Shown piece after piece: positions 26,081 to 39,387 of a DNA stretch of 64,000 bases. The stretch is taken from contig NC_087247.1 of assembly GCF_037042905.1 (NCBI RefSeq), positions 5,394,001 through 5,458,000 of the forward strand, written 5' to 3'. The translations under genes were made by a program, and so were the position numbers. Origin of the DNA: Lytechinus pictus. Its lineage: Eukaryota. The notes under the pieces are model-generated. The model worked only from the letters and a program-made list of their open reading frames with translations. It was not told the origin of the DNA and searched no databases. The stretch's first letter is position 1; each line of letters begins with the position of its first letter.

Positions 26081-27214
26081 GTAGCTAAGATTGTAGATTA
26101 TGTATACAGGCCAACGTCAAAACGTAGGTCTAGGTTTTAAACTTTTCAAGAAGAATCTTGATTTAGATTTCTCACTGAAATTTCAAAGCAAATATTGTTA
26201 CATTTTGTACATAAGCTGCATTCTATGCGAAAAATCCATCTTGAAACTTTCGAAGTAAATATTCAGCGATTCATCTTTACACTATCGGCCCATTTCAAAA
26301 CTTGACAGCACGGATGAGAAAGCCGTTTTAAATACAAAATTATCAAATAAATTCGAAGAATATCAATATAGTCATTTCCCCACACGAGCATTTAACTCGC
26401 AAAATCTTGCCCTGGATGTTTGACGTTGGCTCGTTTTCCATCTTAAGCGAGGTGGTTTCACAAGCTAAGTTAACTAAAACAATACAAGATGAGTTAGAAT
26501 TATTGGTAAATTCCGAATACAGTTTTTAATCAGATGGCAGGGTACCACCAGGTTAAAAAATAATAAAAGAAGGTGGAAAATGAGGGCGATATTAAAAACG
26601 GGAAGGATGAATAGTATAAGAAATTAGAGGTCTGGGCCGTGTTTTTTTCCCCCGCTCATTCAATCGAGAGATTGTCAAAATATCGTAGTATCACCCATAA
26701 CATTAAAAATTAAAAATGAATAAAAATAAAGTAGTTTGGCGAGACTTGTCTGCGAATCATTGACGATGTCACCACATATATCTATATTGAACATGTGGAT
26801 GAAAAGAATGGCGGCATTGTTCATGTTACATTGGTACTATAAAGACAAACATGACAACAACAAAAACATGGGAAAATACATGAATTTGCCGCATTTGAAA
26901 AAAAAACACACACATGCGGGTTCTTGTAGAAATTGCCTGCTATATTATTTACAAATGTTTTTTTGTTCAAACTTTTATCTGTTTACCTTCACATCCCAAG
27001 TCTCTCCTCCTCTCCCATCTTCCCCCTCTCTCTTTCTATCCCTTTGTCTGAACTAAAATTAAGCTGATAAAATTTTCTTATGAAATCACGATGTAATAGG
27101 TTACCTTCTGTAATTACATTAAAAAGAAGGTAAAGATTAATAATGAAAATAATAAAATTCCACTGTAAAGAGCGGTTACATATGCTTAACTGTTTGCGCT
27201 TAATACCTGATATC

Positions 27215-27380
27215 ATATTACTACCCCTGGCTGTAGCTCAAGCCGTCATACTTGTGTAACCATTCAACGAATAAAATATATCGGGTACCCATTTACCTTA
27301 CCTGGGTTAAGTGCAACATATTGTGGATAATTCTTGCAGAAGGAAATTGACACTCACCTGGAGTAGGATTCGACCCTCAC
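27215..27380 (-). mobile_element. tRNA-derived SINE (degenerate copy)
   Basis: CGGGTACCCATTTACCTTACCTGGGTTAAGTGCAACA matches the 5890-6140 copy; B-box GGTCGAATCC on the minus strand. Confidence 0.65.
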
Positions 27381-28232
27381 ACGTACTCACCACACTCATT
27401 CTCCTCCCCCCCCTCTAACTCTTTCTCTATCACACACACAAACACACTTACAACTTCACCTCTTTACTCTTGCACAGATGCATACACTCACACTGTCTCT
27501 TTTACTCTCATGTCTATCCACATTTCCTATGTTGCTCCCTCGTTCTGTCCTTTATTCCTTATCGTATCTCTATTCCTTTAACAATCGCTTCATTGCGAAT
27601 TAAAATAGGAAATGGGTGAATATGGGGAGGGGAAGTGAAGACTATGTATTTTGGAGGTGGAAACCTAGCAAGGAAGTAGAAGGAAACATCAACTATTCTT
27701 TCAGCACAAAGCGTCCATGTCACTCACTCTCTTTCACTCTCTCTCCCTCTCCACAAGATTTCCCTTATTGTCTTATTGTTACCGTCGTGTTGGGGACTTT
27801 TAGATAACGAAATCAATGAGGATCCTTGCAAATGATATAACGCTATCAATACGTTACTTAATACTCTTGATCAGTATTATAATAACATGTAGAACCCTAC
27901 CCCGCCCCACCACCACCACCACCACCAGAAAAGACAATAAATAATTAAATATGAATACAGAGACAAAGACATTCTAGAGAAATCAATAACTATTTAATTG
28001 GGATGAAACATACACTCCAATCAAAATAAATATATAAATACAAACAAAAGTACCAATAAAGAATAAATAATATCAAACAAAAGTGAAAGAAATAAATAAT
28101 GAGCGTCAGTGGAACACGAAGGTCAATGATAGAATAACGTAAACAGGAGAAATATGGACTCTTGTCGATGTTCCCGCTTCAGAAACATTGATCTCTTCGC
28201 GAATGAATTCTTTAAAACAAACCCTTTGCAAG

Positions 28233-28374
28233 ATGAGGCCCGCTTCATTAGGACCTTCAACTATGGTAACTTTTGCCATTATTGTAACTACCATGGAAAC
28301 CTTAATTGCGATTGGCCGCTGAGCCCTTGTTACCAAACATACCATAGTTTACAACGTTTTATGAAACAGGCGCC
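28233..28374. mobile_element. Short palindromic MITE (Harbinger-like)
   Basis: GGCCCGCTTCAT ... ATGAAACAGGCGCC ends with internal ATGGTAAC/GTTACCA inverted motifs. Confidence 0.45.
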
Positions 28375-29270
28375 ACTTCCGGTGCGGAGATGATTTTTAT
28401 ATTAGAATAGGTATATGGGGCCAGTGCAATTATGCATTGACGTGATAGAGGTGTAAATCTTGATTGCAGTATAAGAATTTTATAGTGACTTGTACAAAAG
28501 TATTCTATCCTTGCTCATCAAAAGGAATAATAATAATTTCGACAAATTATTTAAGACAATAACACTCATGTTAAATCACATTCCCTGTAATGACAAGCAG
28601 TGGAATTCGGTTTCTCAGACAGTTAAGACGGTATACTATTTTCAAACTACCTGAGATAAACACTATAAATTATTCTACAAACGAAAACATAAATAAATCC
28701 TAAATTATACAACAAAATCACCGTGTATCATAAGTCGAATCCATTCTTTCGGAGCACATTCTGTGGGGGGGAAAAGACAGTAGTGATTTTTTAATTGAAA
28801 GTCAAAGGTTCTCTTTTGGTATTATTTAATTAAAAAGCAACAAGTTTATTAATACATTTGTTACGATTTTTCAAATTATTATATTTTTGAAAACTTTTTC
28901 TAACTACTGAAGACGGGATGTAAGATCTTGTGGTTTACATATAAATGTGGCTTCTATGGTGATCCAGCTATAAACTATTCTTATAAATTTATTTCAAATA
29001 CGTTTTATTTCAGGTATTTTGGAAGAGGAAACACTTCCGATTTCATCTGAGAAAATCTCACAGGTACATTTATATCAATTATACAATTTCTCTTACTTCA
29101 AAAGGGTCGATTCTTTCAGCGTTGCTATTGCGGTATCGGACACAATATTCACGTAGCATTATAAGAAGAAGTAACTTAAAATGATTTCATATTTTATGGA
29201 GCTACTTACAAATAAATAAAGTTTGGTTGTTGCCGAGTTATGTCGCTCCAGTAATGGGCAATGGACAGTG

Positions 29271-32200
29271 CTAGTCATCTGTATGATATTGAATAAATGC
29301 AAAAGAATTTTTTTTTTTTTTACGATAATATTATTATACTATTTCGAGAAAGGCACGTGCGGAGAGAGGAAATCAAAATTTTTATTAGACTATTTAGGGT
29401 TAATGATTATAATCATTTTATAATGTTTGATATTGATGCAATTTACTGTATATAAGAAAATAAAATAGGAACATAAATTCTTCGAATCTATATGGATTCA
29501 TTAACCCCTTCAAATGAGATTGGTCATCAATTAATGTTGTTTTCAAAAGGGATTTAAAGGCTAGAAGACTTACCATTGTCATAAGCATTGTTTGATGTGC
29601 AACTGTTGCCAGGTGCGTTTTGAGAACAGCTAGCAGTGTCATATCTGAAACCTGGAGCGCCCGGAGCTGCCTGAGCTACTCCCGGTGCTCGTGGTAGAGC
29701 CGGAGATGCACGCCCAAATGAAGGGGCATACGGTCGACGTGGTGTATTGGGGATGAATGGGCGAGGAACTCGTGGAGGTGTTCCTGGCCGAGGTGGAAGC
29801 CCTGGAGGAGGAACACCAGGTCTACCAGGAACAGGCGGTAAATTGGAAACACCAGGTCCGGTAGGAGCACCGGCGATACCAGGTCCACTTGCAGCACCAG
29901 ATACTCCACCTGCAGTGCCAGTACCAGCATCAGCACCAGCGGGAGCTTCTGTTCCCTCCTCTACATCTGTTCCATCATTACCGTCATAGTCGTAGCTCTC
30001 CTCGCTGCTGTCACTGTCATCTCCATCAGTACTAGCTTCTCCACCTTCAGCTCCAGTACCGTCTACGCCATCTGCGTAATTGCCGAATGCTCCAGTTCCT
30101 GGAGCGCTTGGAGCGTATCCAACCCCTGGTGCGTTTGGAGCATACCCAACTCCTGGTCCGACTGGAGCGTATCCGACTCCTGGCCGAGAGGGGGCGAATT
30201 GTCGAGGAGATTGTGGCACAAATCCTGGAGCAGCAGGTCTTGGTGGTAAGGGGGCGAATCCCGGTGCCCTTGGTGCTGGTGGTAAGGGTGCATAACCAGG
30301 TGCTCCTGGAGAGGGTGCGTACCCTTGGGTATCATGCTCGTATCCCGACGTTCCTCCTGCGTATCCTTGATCCGGGTTGAATGATGTGGGATTATGTGGA
30401 GCTGGCGCCCTGTGAGGTGGAACTGGTGCTCTAGGAGCATGTGGAGCTGGAGCTCTAGCTGGAGGACGAGGAGCAGGTGCTCTCGCTCCGGGTTGGTATC
30501 CCGGGCGACTTGGTGCACGAGGAGCGGCTCGCCCAGACGAGCGGCAGTATTCGTAGTTGGTTACCTGTATATTCTGTCGAGTAATAGCATCTTCTTCTTC
30601 CAAGTCACAAAGGTCGTTATAAATCTTGCCGTTTGTGCCGCAGACCGGTCCCGAGGCACCCCTGTCACATGAGTCTCTCGGTGCTAAGGTAGAAAGAGAC
30701 AACGTAAAAAAAAATTATATAACAAAATAAAACAAAAAATGAAGATAACTGCCACACAAAACATTCGTTCTCGAAAGGAAGTAAAATGTGCAAAAGAGCA
30801 GTCAGAAAAATTAGGGAGATGCACATCCATTCAAAAATAAAATTTCATTTTCGTGAACGTAATGTAATTCATCGCCTTACAATTCCTATCCCCCAAACAA
30901 AGACATCAAAACGTATCTAGAAGCGTTCAAAGGGGAAAAAACACATTTATACAGTGCGTATCAAAAATAGTTTACACTTAGAAAAAATCCTGTAAAATTA
31001 TATATTTGTAATATCCTGAAGATTTTTCCACATTTTAACATTGGTACAGATCCACTTAAAGTGATTGGTTAACATTAGTTTGACTTTAAAAAATCTGAGC
31101 TAGAAGGTCACACTTGTCACCTGTGTCTGTGATATGTTACAAAAATAAAGCCCAGAAAAAATTGCGTTCGAAAATAATTATTTAGTGCTTCAAAAATTGA
31201 AATATAAAGTGACCGAAAACACCATCTTGATTTCATCCCATACACTTATGTGTACTATTTAGGCGTCTATAAGACGCCTATTTACAAAATCGGGGTTTGG
31301 CTTGTAGTTTTAGCTTTTCATTCTCAATAATGGTTGTTTTCAGGGTTTATTAGTTCTAATACATGCACTTGTACACATGTTTCATCTTGGTTTGAGAATT
31401 TTTTAAATCGGCTTCTCACAAAGTTAAACAATACCTTTAAGCAAATGACGATATAACTGTCAAAAAATATATCCGCCTGAATGAGCGCCACTTACTTTTG
31501 AAAAGTTAGTGAAAAATTATTTGCGCAAAACTCTGAAATAGTTATGCGAATAAAAGTAGACCTTAATCATGAAGAACACGAGGAATTTTGCTAGTAAAAT
31601 TGATTTGAAGATATCTTTTACCCTTTTCAACCTGTTTTCTTGGCCAAAACACTTCGAAGAGTGCATTGCGCCTCACCCCACTCCCCCACACACCGAGGCC
31701 ATCGTGACGATGTTTGCTTTACACGGAGATGTGACATAAAATGGCTTAGGCTTCATTTTCATTTTGTTAATCATTGTCAAGCTTGGGAAAAGTGTGGAGA
31801 AACAAGTATTAAATGAAAAATGAAAGGTAAACCCACTTTAAATGATACAAACTTAGTGAAAAAATGCTGGAGATGTCAGATATAAACTTTTGTTCAGATT
31901 CAGTTATGTCCTCAGGTCCAGCTGGCACAAAAAGGGTAAAGGTTGTGCTTACTTAGTGTTGAAATTTCAATTTGGGTCATAAAATTGTTACAAAATGCTT
32001 GAATGTATCCGTTTAATTTCAATTGACTAAAAGTGTAAGGGAAATGGATGAGAAATGTTTCGCAGGGTAAGTTTGATTTCGCCCTTTCCCCTTTACACAG
32101 CATGAAAACAAGCATTTCTGCGCAAACAGATTTCTGCGTGCTTTACAAAAATGGACAGTGCTCACTCAAGTGTAACATTCTGTCTAAACTTTAACTTGCA

Positions 32201-32403
32201 TTAGATAGATGAGACCCAAATCCAAGATTACATGTGAAAAAACTACCCACATGTTGCATATTTTTTAATTCCCAGGGCTTTTTCAAAGTGTAAACCTTTT
32301 TTTGATACGCACTGTATATACATATATACTTACATCTTGGTGCCGCAAATGACGCAGATATCATCAACATTAATATGGCCACACTCCTCAACACGTCCAT
32401 CAT
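29271..32403 (-). CDS. g4: secreted Pro/Ala/Gly-rich acidic matrix protein with N-terminal 4-Cys Kazal-like domain (~395 aa)
   Basis: Exons 32403-32334 (MMDVLRSVAILMLMISASFAAPR, donor GTAAGT), 30683-29574 (SPRDSCDRGASGPVCGTNGKIYNDLCDL...YEYC; SDSSEESYDY; donor GTAAGT) and 29278-29271 (DD*). Confidence 0.88.
30952..32314. mobile_element. Tc1/mariner-like non-autonomous element in g4 intron
   Basis: TA|CAGTGCGTATCAAAAA..GTTTACACTT ... AAGTGTAAAC..TTTTTGATACGCACTG|TA; no transposase ORF. Confidence 0.85.
31060..31436. mobile_element. Kolobok-like MITE nested in the Tc1-like element
   Basis: TTAA|AGTGATTGGTTAAC ... GTTAAACAATACCT|TTAA. Confidence 0.7.
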
Positions 32404-32898
32404 TGTTTTTGCGTCTAGAGATTAATGGATAACAAATAATAAACATATTACACAATCGCAATCATCATAAAATTGTAACCAGTATAATATTTACATGTAT
32501 TGACTGAATCCTTATTATTTTGGTTCATTTCACATCCCCCCCCCCCCACCCCACAAAAACACGATCTAACTATAGGACATTGTATAGTAGGTCCATGGTA
32601 CAATGAAACCATATTTTTTACTTGGTACACAGCGATATACAATCCAAATCTCGTAAAAATCTACCAGAGGAGTTGTTAAAAGTAACATCCAGAAGCTAGC
32701 AATGAACTAGCGATTGTCAGGATTTTTTGTTCGCAAAAAATAACCAAAGATGACTCAATTACGTGAACCTCAAACCTGATAAGAAAAAAAAATGCTGGAA
32801 TACTCACATTGTAAACAGAACTCAAAACTTCTAAATAATTTGTTCGTCTCCAGAAGAGTCAGAAGATGAAATTAATGTTAGATCGCTCTGCGCAATGT

Positions 32899-32908
32899 CT
32901 ATTTATAC
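32899..32908 (-). promoter_or_regulatory. Putative TATA box of g4
   Basis: GTATAAATAG on the minus strand about 92 nt upstream of the 5'UTR donor GTGAGT at 32807. Confidence 0.6.
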
Positions 32909-33954
32909 TGTTTTTTTTTGTTCATATCGGTTAATTATGACACGGGGAAATAGGCCTATTAAACTTTTGTAAGAAAAAAAAAGAAAAAAAGAAAAGCTTT
33001 AGAAAGTGTATGGGATTATTTTTTTTCTAGATCGGACAGTAGCAATATCCGCTTAGAAGCCATAATCCACGGTCGTATCAAAGCTTAAACGATAACAACA
33101 CTCATCCATGATACTAGCTGAATGTCACAGAGCAAGATATATATGATTTGAATGTAATCATATAACAAATATATCATGCCTTTGGTCTAATTCTATACTT
33201 TCCCCCTTTTGATTGCATCTTTATCTTTGCCGATAAAACACATGGGTGAGAACTGCGAACGGAAAACTGGAGTCAGGGTATGAGTCAGGGATTAGCACGA
33301 TGAAGGGACAGAAAAACAATTTTCGAAAGGCTCATACGATATAAATCTATATGATTTAAATCGTTGATGGAGTAGCGAAGGCCCATGACCTATTTCTCTT
33401 CAATCAATCGTTTCAATTGGCCCGTTTTGAAGTGACGTTTACTTGTTGATTTGAACTATTTGAACCAGTGTGTTAGAAAATCGCACGTACTTTGCACTTG
33501 ATCGATATCATGATTAATTTAAAACATTACGAGCCGGTGGAAAGCCAGAATTAAAAAATAATTTTAAGTTACATAATGGTAATTTTTACTGTGCTTGTAA
33601 AACTCTTCTTGACAATCATTCCGATTCGTAACAAGTTCTCCTGTAATGAATTCATGTTGACGTCCACTTTATAAAACATATAATGCACAGGTTTGGTGAT
33701 ATGTGTAGTTTTACAGACATCTCGCTTATTATATAAATACAAAAGTACTCGGCAAGTCTCTTGCTCCTGTGACTATCAACAATATTAAACTCACACCTGC
33801 TCATTATTTTGTATCAAAATTCAAATTCATCACAATCAATGTCGGCAATTAACTGGGTTTTGAAATATATTTTGAACATTTCTATTCGTCATTTATTTTT
33901 TGGGGGTATTTTTATCATCTCTCATCCGTTTCCTTTCCGATCTTTTTTTTATAT

Positions 33955-34101
33955 NNNNNNNNNNNNNNNNNNNNNNNNNNNNNNNNNNNNNNNNNNNNNN
34001 NNNNNNNNNNNNNNNNNNNNNNNNNNNNNNNNNNNNNNNNNNNNNNNNNNNNNNNNNNNNNNNNNNNNNNNNNNNNNNNNNNNNNNNNNNNNNNNNNNNN
34101 N
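33955..34101. other. Assembly gap
   Basis: Run of N. Confidence 0.99.
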
Positions 34102-35796
34102 TCTTTTTCTATTTACCCCCCCTCTCTCTCTCTTTGTCCCACTTTTCTTAGTTCGTCATTCACCTGATTTGCTCGGAAAAGATGTTCTATTTTTGATTTA
34201 TTCAATATTAATCATGTTGATTAGTTCATATATTTATTCGTTATCTATATTTCTGTCTACTTAATTATAAGCCGTTTTTCACTTTGCTTATACTCTATAT
34301 TGAATTGTGATAAGCTTTATTAATATGCTTAGTCTACCCTGAACAAAATTACCAACTTTCTAACATTTGATTGCAATTCAATTCATTTTATTCGTCAAAA
34401 AATAATAAATTACATGAGGCATAAACGTTAGCAGATGACATCATCATAGCAGAAAAGCAACGAGCATACGATATTACACCTTCTGCGAGCTATAGGAGGT
34501 AGCTTGAGAAAATTATCCTGAGAAATGCACATCAACAACAATCATGAAAATTAAAAGCAAAACGATTAAAGCAAGAGGTATCTCACAAAATTGGAATGCA
34601 AATACTGCCTGAGTTTAAGCATAGAATAGAGCTGTCTAGGCATTAAATACTGAGTGATAAGCTGGATCTAATTGTCCAATCTTAGCTTGAAAAGGCGAGA
34701 CAACTATGATTACAACGTTTTCCATGTTTGCTCGAATTCAAAGAAAAGAGGATTAACCCTTTATGAATATTCATCATTTTTAACACATCAGCAAAACAAG
34801 TTGGATCAACTTGTTTTGCTGTCCTTTTGCAGATTACTACCTTAACATTTTCATGCAATTAATGTATTACCATAAAATGCCTGATTTAAAATAGACCCCT
34901 TTCATTTAAAAGCACATTTCAATGTGAATAGAAGCAACCCTGAAAATTAGTGTTATTACTTATAGACATAATATAGCAAAACACACACTGTTCTTTCACA
35001 TGCGTTTGACACGAGCTTTTGAAAAAGTCCAATGATATTAATTACATTGGACTATAAATGTAACATTATACTGATACAAACAAGTTCCGTGATATTTATA
35101 AATCCATCAATTGGCACCTTAAGAATTTGTCCCCATTATTAACTTTTCGATCTGTATTTCGATGGATTTTATCTTAGTTTACTCTTAACGAATGCCCGTC
35201 GAATTATAATTTTATATAATTCTTATTTTAAGGCAGTAAACTATATGCGTTGGCATTTTAATTGAAGGTTTATCATAATTAGCACTTCACCATGTTTACC
35301 TCGCAGATATGCTTCATGGAATGGCCATTTGTTTTACCTGGCAATCAACATTCATAGAATAACTTCATACAAGCGTAACCTCTGTAAATAGGCATATACT
35401 TGATACAATTAACTTCGAACCATGTGGATTATAATTTAAATGCGAACTGTTCACTTTGATAGAAAAGTTTAGTTTATAAGAATACAATCAATTTGTTCTA
35501 AGTATGTGAATGAAAATATTTTGTTGTAAACTTGTAACTTGATATGAGCATACCTTTTCCCAGTATGGCATGTTTAATAATCTATAAGAATCTAAGCACA
35601 ATTTTGGACTGCAAATATATTAATAAAATATACAACTTTTACAAGAACAAATAAAATAGATAAAATTATAATTTAAAATACATGTTTATACATAACAAAA
35701 AAACCAATTTCAAACCATAAACAGAACACATTGCGCTAAGAAACACCAGTAGTAAGCGCCTTATAAATGTTATGTATAATTATTATATATATTTAT

Positions 35797-38700
35797 CTAA
35801 CAGGGTCCGTTTCTAATCTGTTTAAGACGATGATCCTTCCTTACACACGCCGAATGTCGTAGATCACATGAACTTCTGTAAGTTTGTCCGTCAGTCCCAC
35901 ACACTTGCATCGGTTGAGCGATGAAAAGACGAGGACAAATCTCACAAGGCTCGTCAGCAAATCCTGCAAATCAAAAGAAAATAAATCACCTATTTAGGTA
36001 GCATATTTTGGAGTTTCGCACGATGCACGGCTGATTCAAGAAGACAATAAAGGTATTGAAAGTGCCCGTCAAATGACAATGCACAGTTGAAAGGTCATTT
36101 TCGAAAATTCTTAAAACCAGAACCGCAGCTCGTCCTTAGTTTTGGAGCTGACTAACAATTGCAAACATGTTGTTTGTCGTTTGTCAGAGTCCATGCAGTA
36201 CAAAATTCCTGTTTTGATTTACAAATTTTCGACTTTACGGTTGCTCATTGTCATGGAGGACATTTGAAAATATAGTTCTATGTTCGTAAAAGCGTCACGC
36301 GTGGTGCGTAACTACCTGTTATTAGAATAGCTTAAGGGTGTAGGTGATGATAAATGTGTTTCTGCATACAACGATTGACGATCTTAGATTTTTAGAACTA
36401 CAAAGTGCTTTTAAGAAACCGTATTAATTATTTATTTTGTTCTAGACAACGATTAAATCATTTACAAACATATTCACAATTCGCTAATGAATTCACCCTT
36501 TTACAGATATTGGGCGATACGAAAGAGGAAACACGAGAGTGTCAAATTAACACTATTTTGACTAATGAAAACTAGGCGTGTAGGGATGTTTCGAAAATAA
36601 TAATGTATAATTACCTAAACTGATTTACCATTATCATTAGTTGGAGCGTCGCATCCGTTACTTGTCCCTCCATTTTCTCCATTTTCCCCGCATTCCTTAT
36701 CTCTACTTGGTGTCTCAGGTTCCGGAGCTGGCGCTTTCGGTGATGGCTTCGGAGCAGGAGGAGGTGGAGGAGGAGGGATCGGTGCTTTTGGTTTGGGCGC
36801 TTTTGGGACGACAGGTGGAGGAGCCGGCCTTCGTGGAGGAGCGGATGGAGCCGCTGGACGGCGAGCGGGAGAGCGGGGAGCTGGGGGAGGAGCTCTAGGA
36901 ATAGTGTTGGAGATTCGATGACGTGGAGATGGGGCTGCGACATGGGGTCTAACTGGAGCTGCAGCAGGTGTATTTCTCCCAGGGGATAGATGAATGTCTA
37001 CCTCTCCTTCGGTTACCTCTCCGCCGTGTCCTCCCTCTGATGGTTCGACATCTCCTGGTGAAGAGATGTCACACTCCTCGCTGCTGTCGCTTCCACAACC
37101 TACACAATTGCAAAATTTATATAATTATGAAATTTCAGGGATCCCAAAAAAGTATTTCTGAATCCCCTGAAATACCATTAAAAGTAGGTAATTATCGAAT
37201 TACAATATTCAGGGCATAACGCACCGCGATAGTCATCATAATTATAATCATAATCAGACTTATACTTAACATCTATTGTATAATGATATTATTTCATTCT
37301 TGTGAGGACGACAAGAGCAGTCTTGCCGAAGTGTCCAGTTTGGGTGGTCTTTTTCACTAGCAGCATATGCCCACGAAAGAATACATGATGTACCGTGAAA
37401 CCACTATCATTTTAATTGTCCAATTCTATCAAGTCTGTCGAGTGCCTCTTAGAAAGAATAAAAACTACTTACATGTATATATACCTGTCTAAATTTAGTT
37501 CTTTACAGCAACAACAGCCCTTATTCTAATAGTATTAGTGAACGGGAGTAACGTTTGTCGAGCAAATCACAACAACTCTATACGACGACAAATGAAAACT
37601 TGAGACGGCAGAATATAATTGTATTATTATCTGTTTTGTCATAATGTTGTGTTAAGGAGTTATTTTCGCACGAGGGGTAATAATAGAAATTGCATCCCTC
37701 TTGTCGTACAACTTCAACTAACCTGCTCCTCCTATGCTTCCTCCATCAAATCCTCCGTCAGTTGCGTCATTAGTGCCATCTACCCCATCTACAGCATCAT
37801 GAGCTCCAGCTGAGGGGACGAGGGCCGGTTGGTCTCTAGCTGGAGGAGCCCGGGCAGGAGCGCCCATGACAGGTGCTTTTGTGAAGAAAATGCATATTTG
37901 GCAACAATGAATACGAAGAATATTATCATGACTATTGGAATGCAGAGACATGAAAATGATATCAGATTTATATCAATCTGTAATGTTTGTAAAGGATTCA
38001 GTCATGTTTATGGGCAAACAGGGACGTAAATCAATGTTTCGGATGGGGGGGGGGGGAGTTTATTTATGTCACAAATTCTGTTCTAATACAGAAATTGACA
38101 ATTTAGCATCAAACCGTACAAAGCATTTCATGGGCCCATTTCGTCTGGGGACAATAGTGACTCTAATATGCTTGTGCCTGGGCCCATACATGTCTGTCGT
38201 TGTTGGTGCTGGATACGCTAGTGATGATGCACATGACACGAGAGAATATTCACAGCTACTAAAGCCTTCTGATTACCATGATTATCATAATATCGGAAAT
38301 TTGGAATGACAAACCTTTGGGTGCCCGGGCCGGGGATCGGGGCCTTGGGGCACGCGGAGGTGCTGGAGCAAGTGGTGTTCTAGGGTTTGGCATAGGTGCT
38401 CGTGGGGCTGGGATCGGTGGAGGAGGAGGAGCTCGAGGTGGAGTACCATGCGCAGGAGCTGTAGGGGTACAGGGAGCAGGGTCTCCTCCGCATTGCCCAT
38501 TGGAGCCACACGATCCTCCATTGTCGTCTCGTTTAACTGTTTACAAAAAATAAAATGATGACACTGTCGATCGTTTCATTTGTAATATCAAGTAAGCATG
38601 ACTTTCTGCACTCTAGAGAGGTAACTTGCTACACTCTAAAAAAAATATTGGGTAAAAATATTCCATGAGGATCATGTGTCCAAACAACATTGGGCATTTC

Positions 38701-39387
38701 TTTTGGGCATTTTCATTATCCAGTGTGATGAAAATTTTGCCCATTCTAAAGTAATTGCTGCTTATTTTTAACCTTACTGGACAATCAAGATGCTTCCCGC
38801 ATTGGGTAAAATACTGCCCCAAATTAGTTGGAACATAATTACCCTCGTGCTGGTTAAAATTGTACCCAATATGTTTTTACAGTGTATGAAGCCGGGGCGT
38901 TGTGAGAATTTCACACATTTTGTAATCAATTGTAAATCGATTTCGGTCCAAGAAGCAATCATAAGTCTTGCAAGAAAATTCAAATAATTCCGTATTAATC
39001 ATTTTCTAGCTCCATAACAAAATCTATAACTGGCAATGGTCCATCGTTTTCTACTGTTAAAATTTACACTTTATTCTTCTAGCAACATCTACAATGTGCA
39101 TAGAGGGGCATCGTTACCCCCTTTTCATAGGAGATGGCATTTTAAACTGGTTAAATTGGAGAATCTAATCACAGATTATGTGATAAGCAAGTAAAAGCCA
39201 TTCCATCAGTTAATGTGCAACTTACAGTGGATTTTCTTTTACTAGCTAGTATTAAATACTGCAAGAAAACTAAGCACGCGGAAAAAATACTGTGAATGAT
39301 ATTGGTTACAATACCTTTTGTTTCAGCCGATATCATCGATGAGAGCATGATTACAGTAAGAACAGTCCACATGTTACGGATACACAT
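35797..39387 (-). CDS. g5: secreted Pro/Ala-rich protein with C-terminal 6-Cys Kazal domain (~361 aa)
   Basis: Exons 39387-39315 (MCIRNMWTVLTVIMLSSMISAETK), 38536-38315 (VKRDDNGGSCGSNGQCGGDPAPC...), 37875-37723, 37099-36629 (GCGSDSSEEC...GGTSNGCD) and 35963-35797 (GFADEPCEICPRLFIAQPMQVCGTDGQTYRSSCDLRHSACVRKDHRLKQIRNGPC*). All GT-AG, phase 1. Mostly missed by the ORF track. Confidence 0.85.
38632..38884. mobile_element. CACT-ended MITE in g5 intron
   Basis: TA|CACTCTAAAAAAAATATTGGGTA ... TACCCAATATGTTTTTACAGTG|TA. Confidence 0.7.

Noticed and set aside
38480-38520. CGSNG in the g5 N-terminus as a Kazal remnant
   Set aside because: Too short, in Gly/Asn/Cys-biased sequence, and not shared by paralogue g7.
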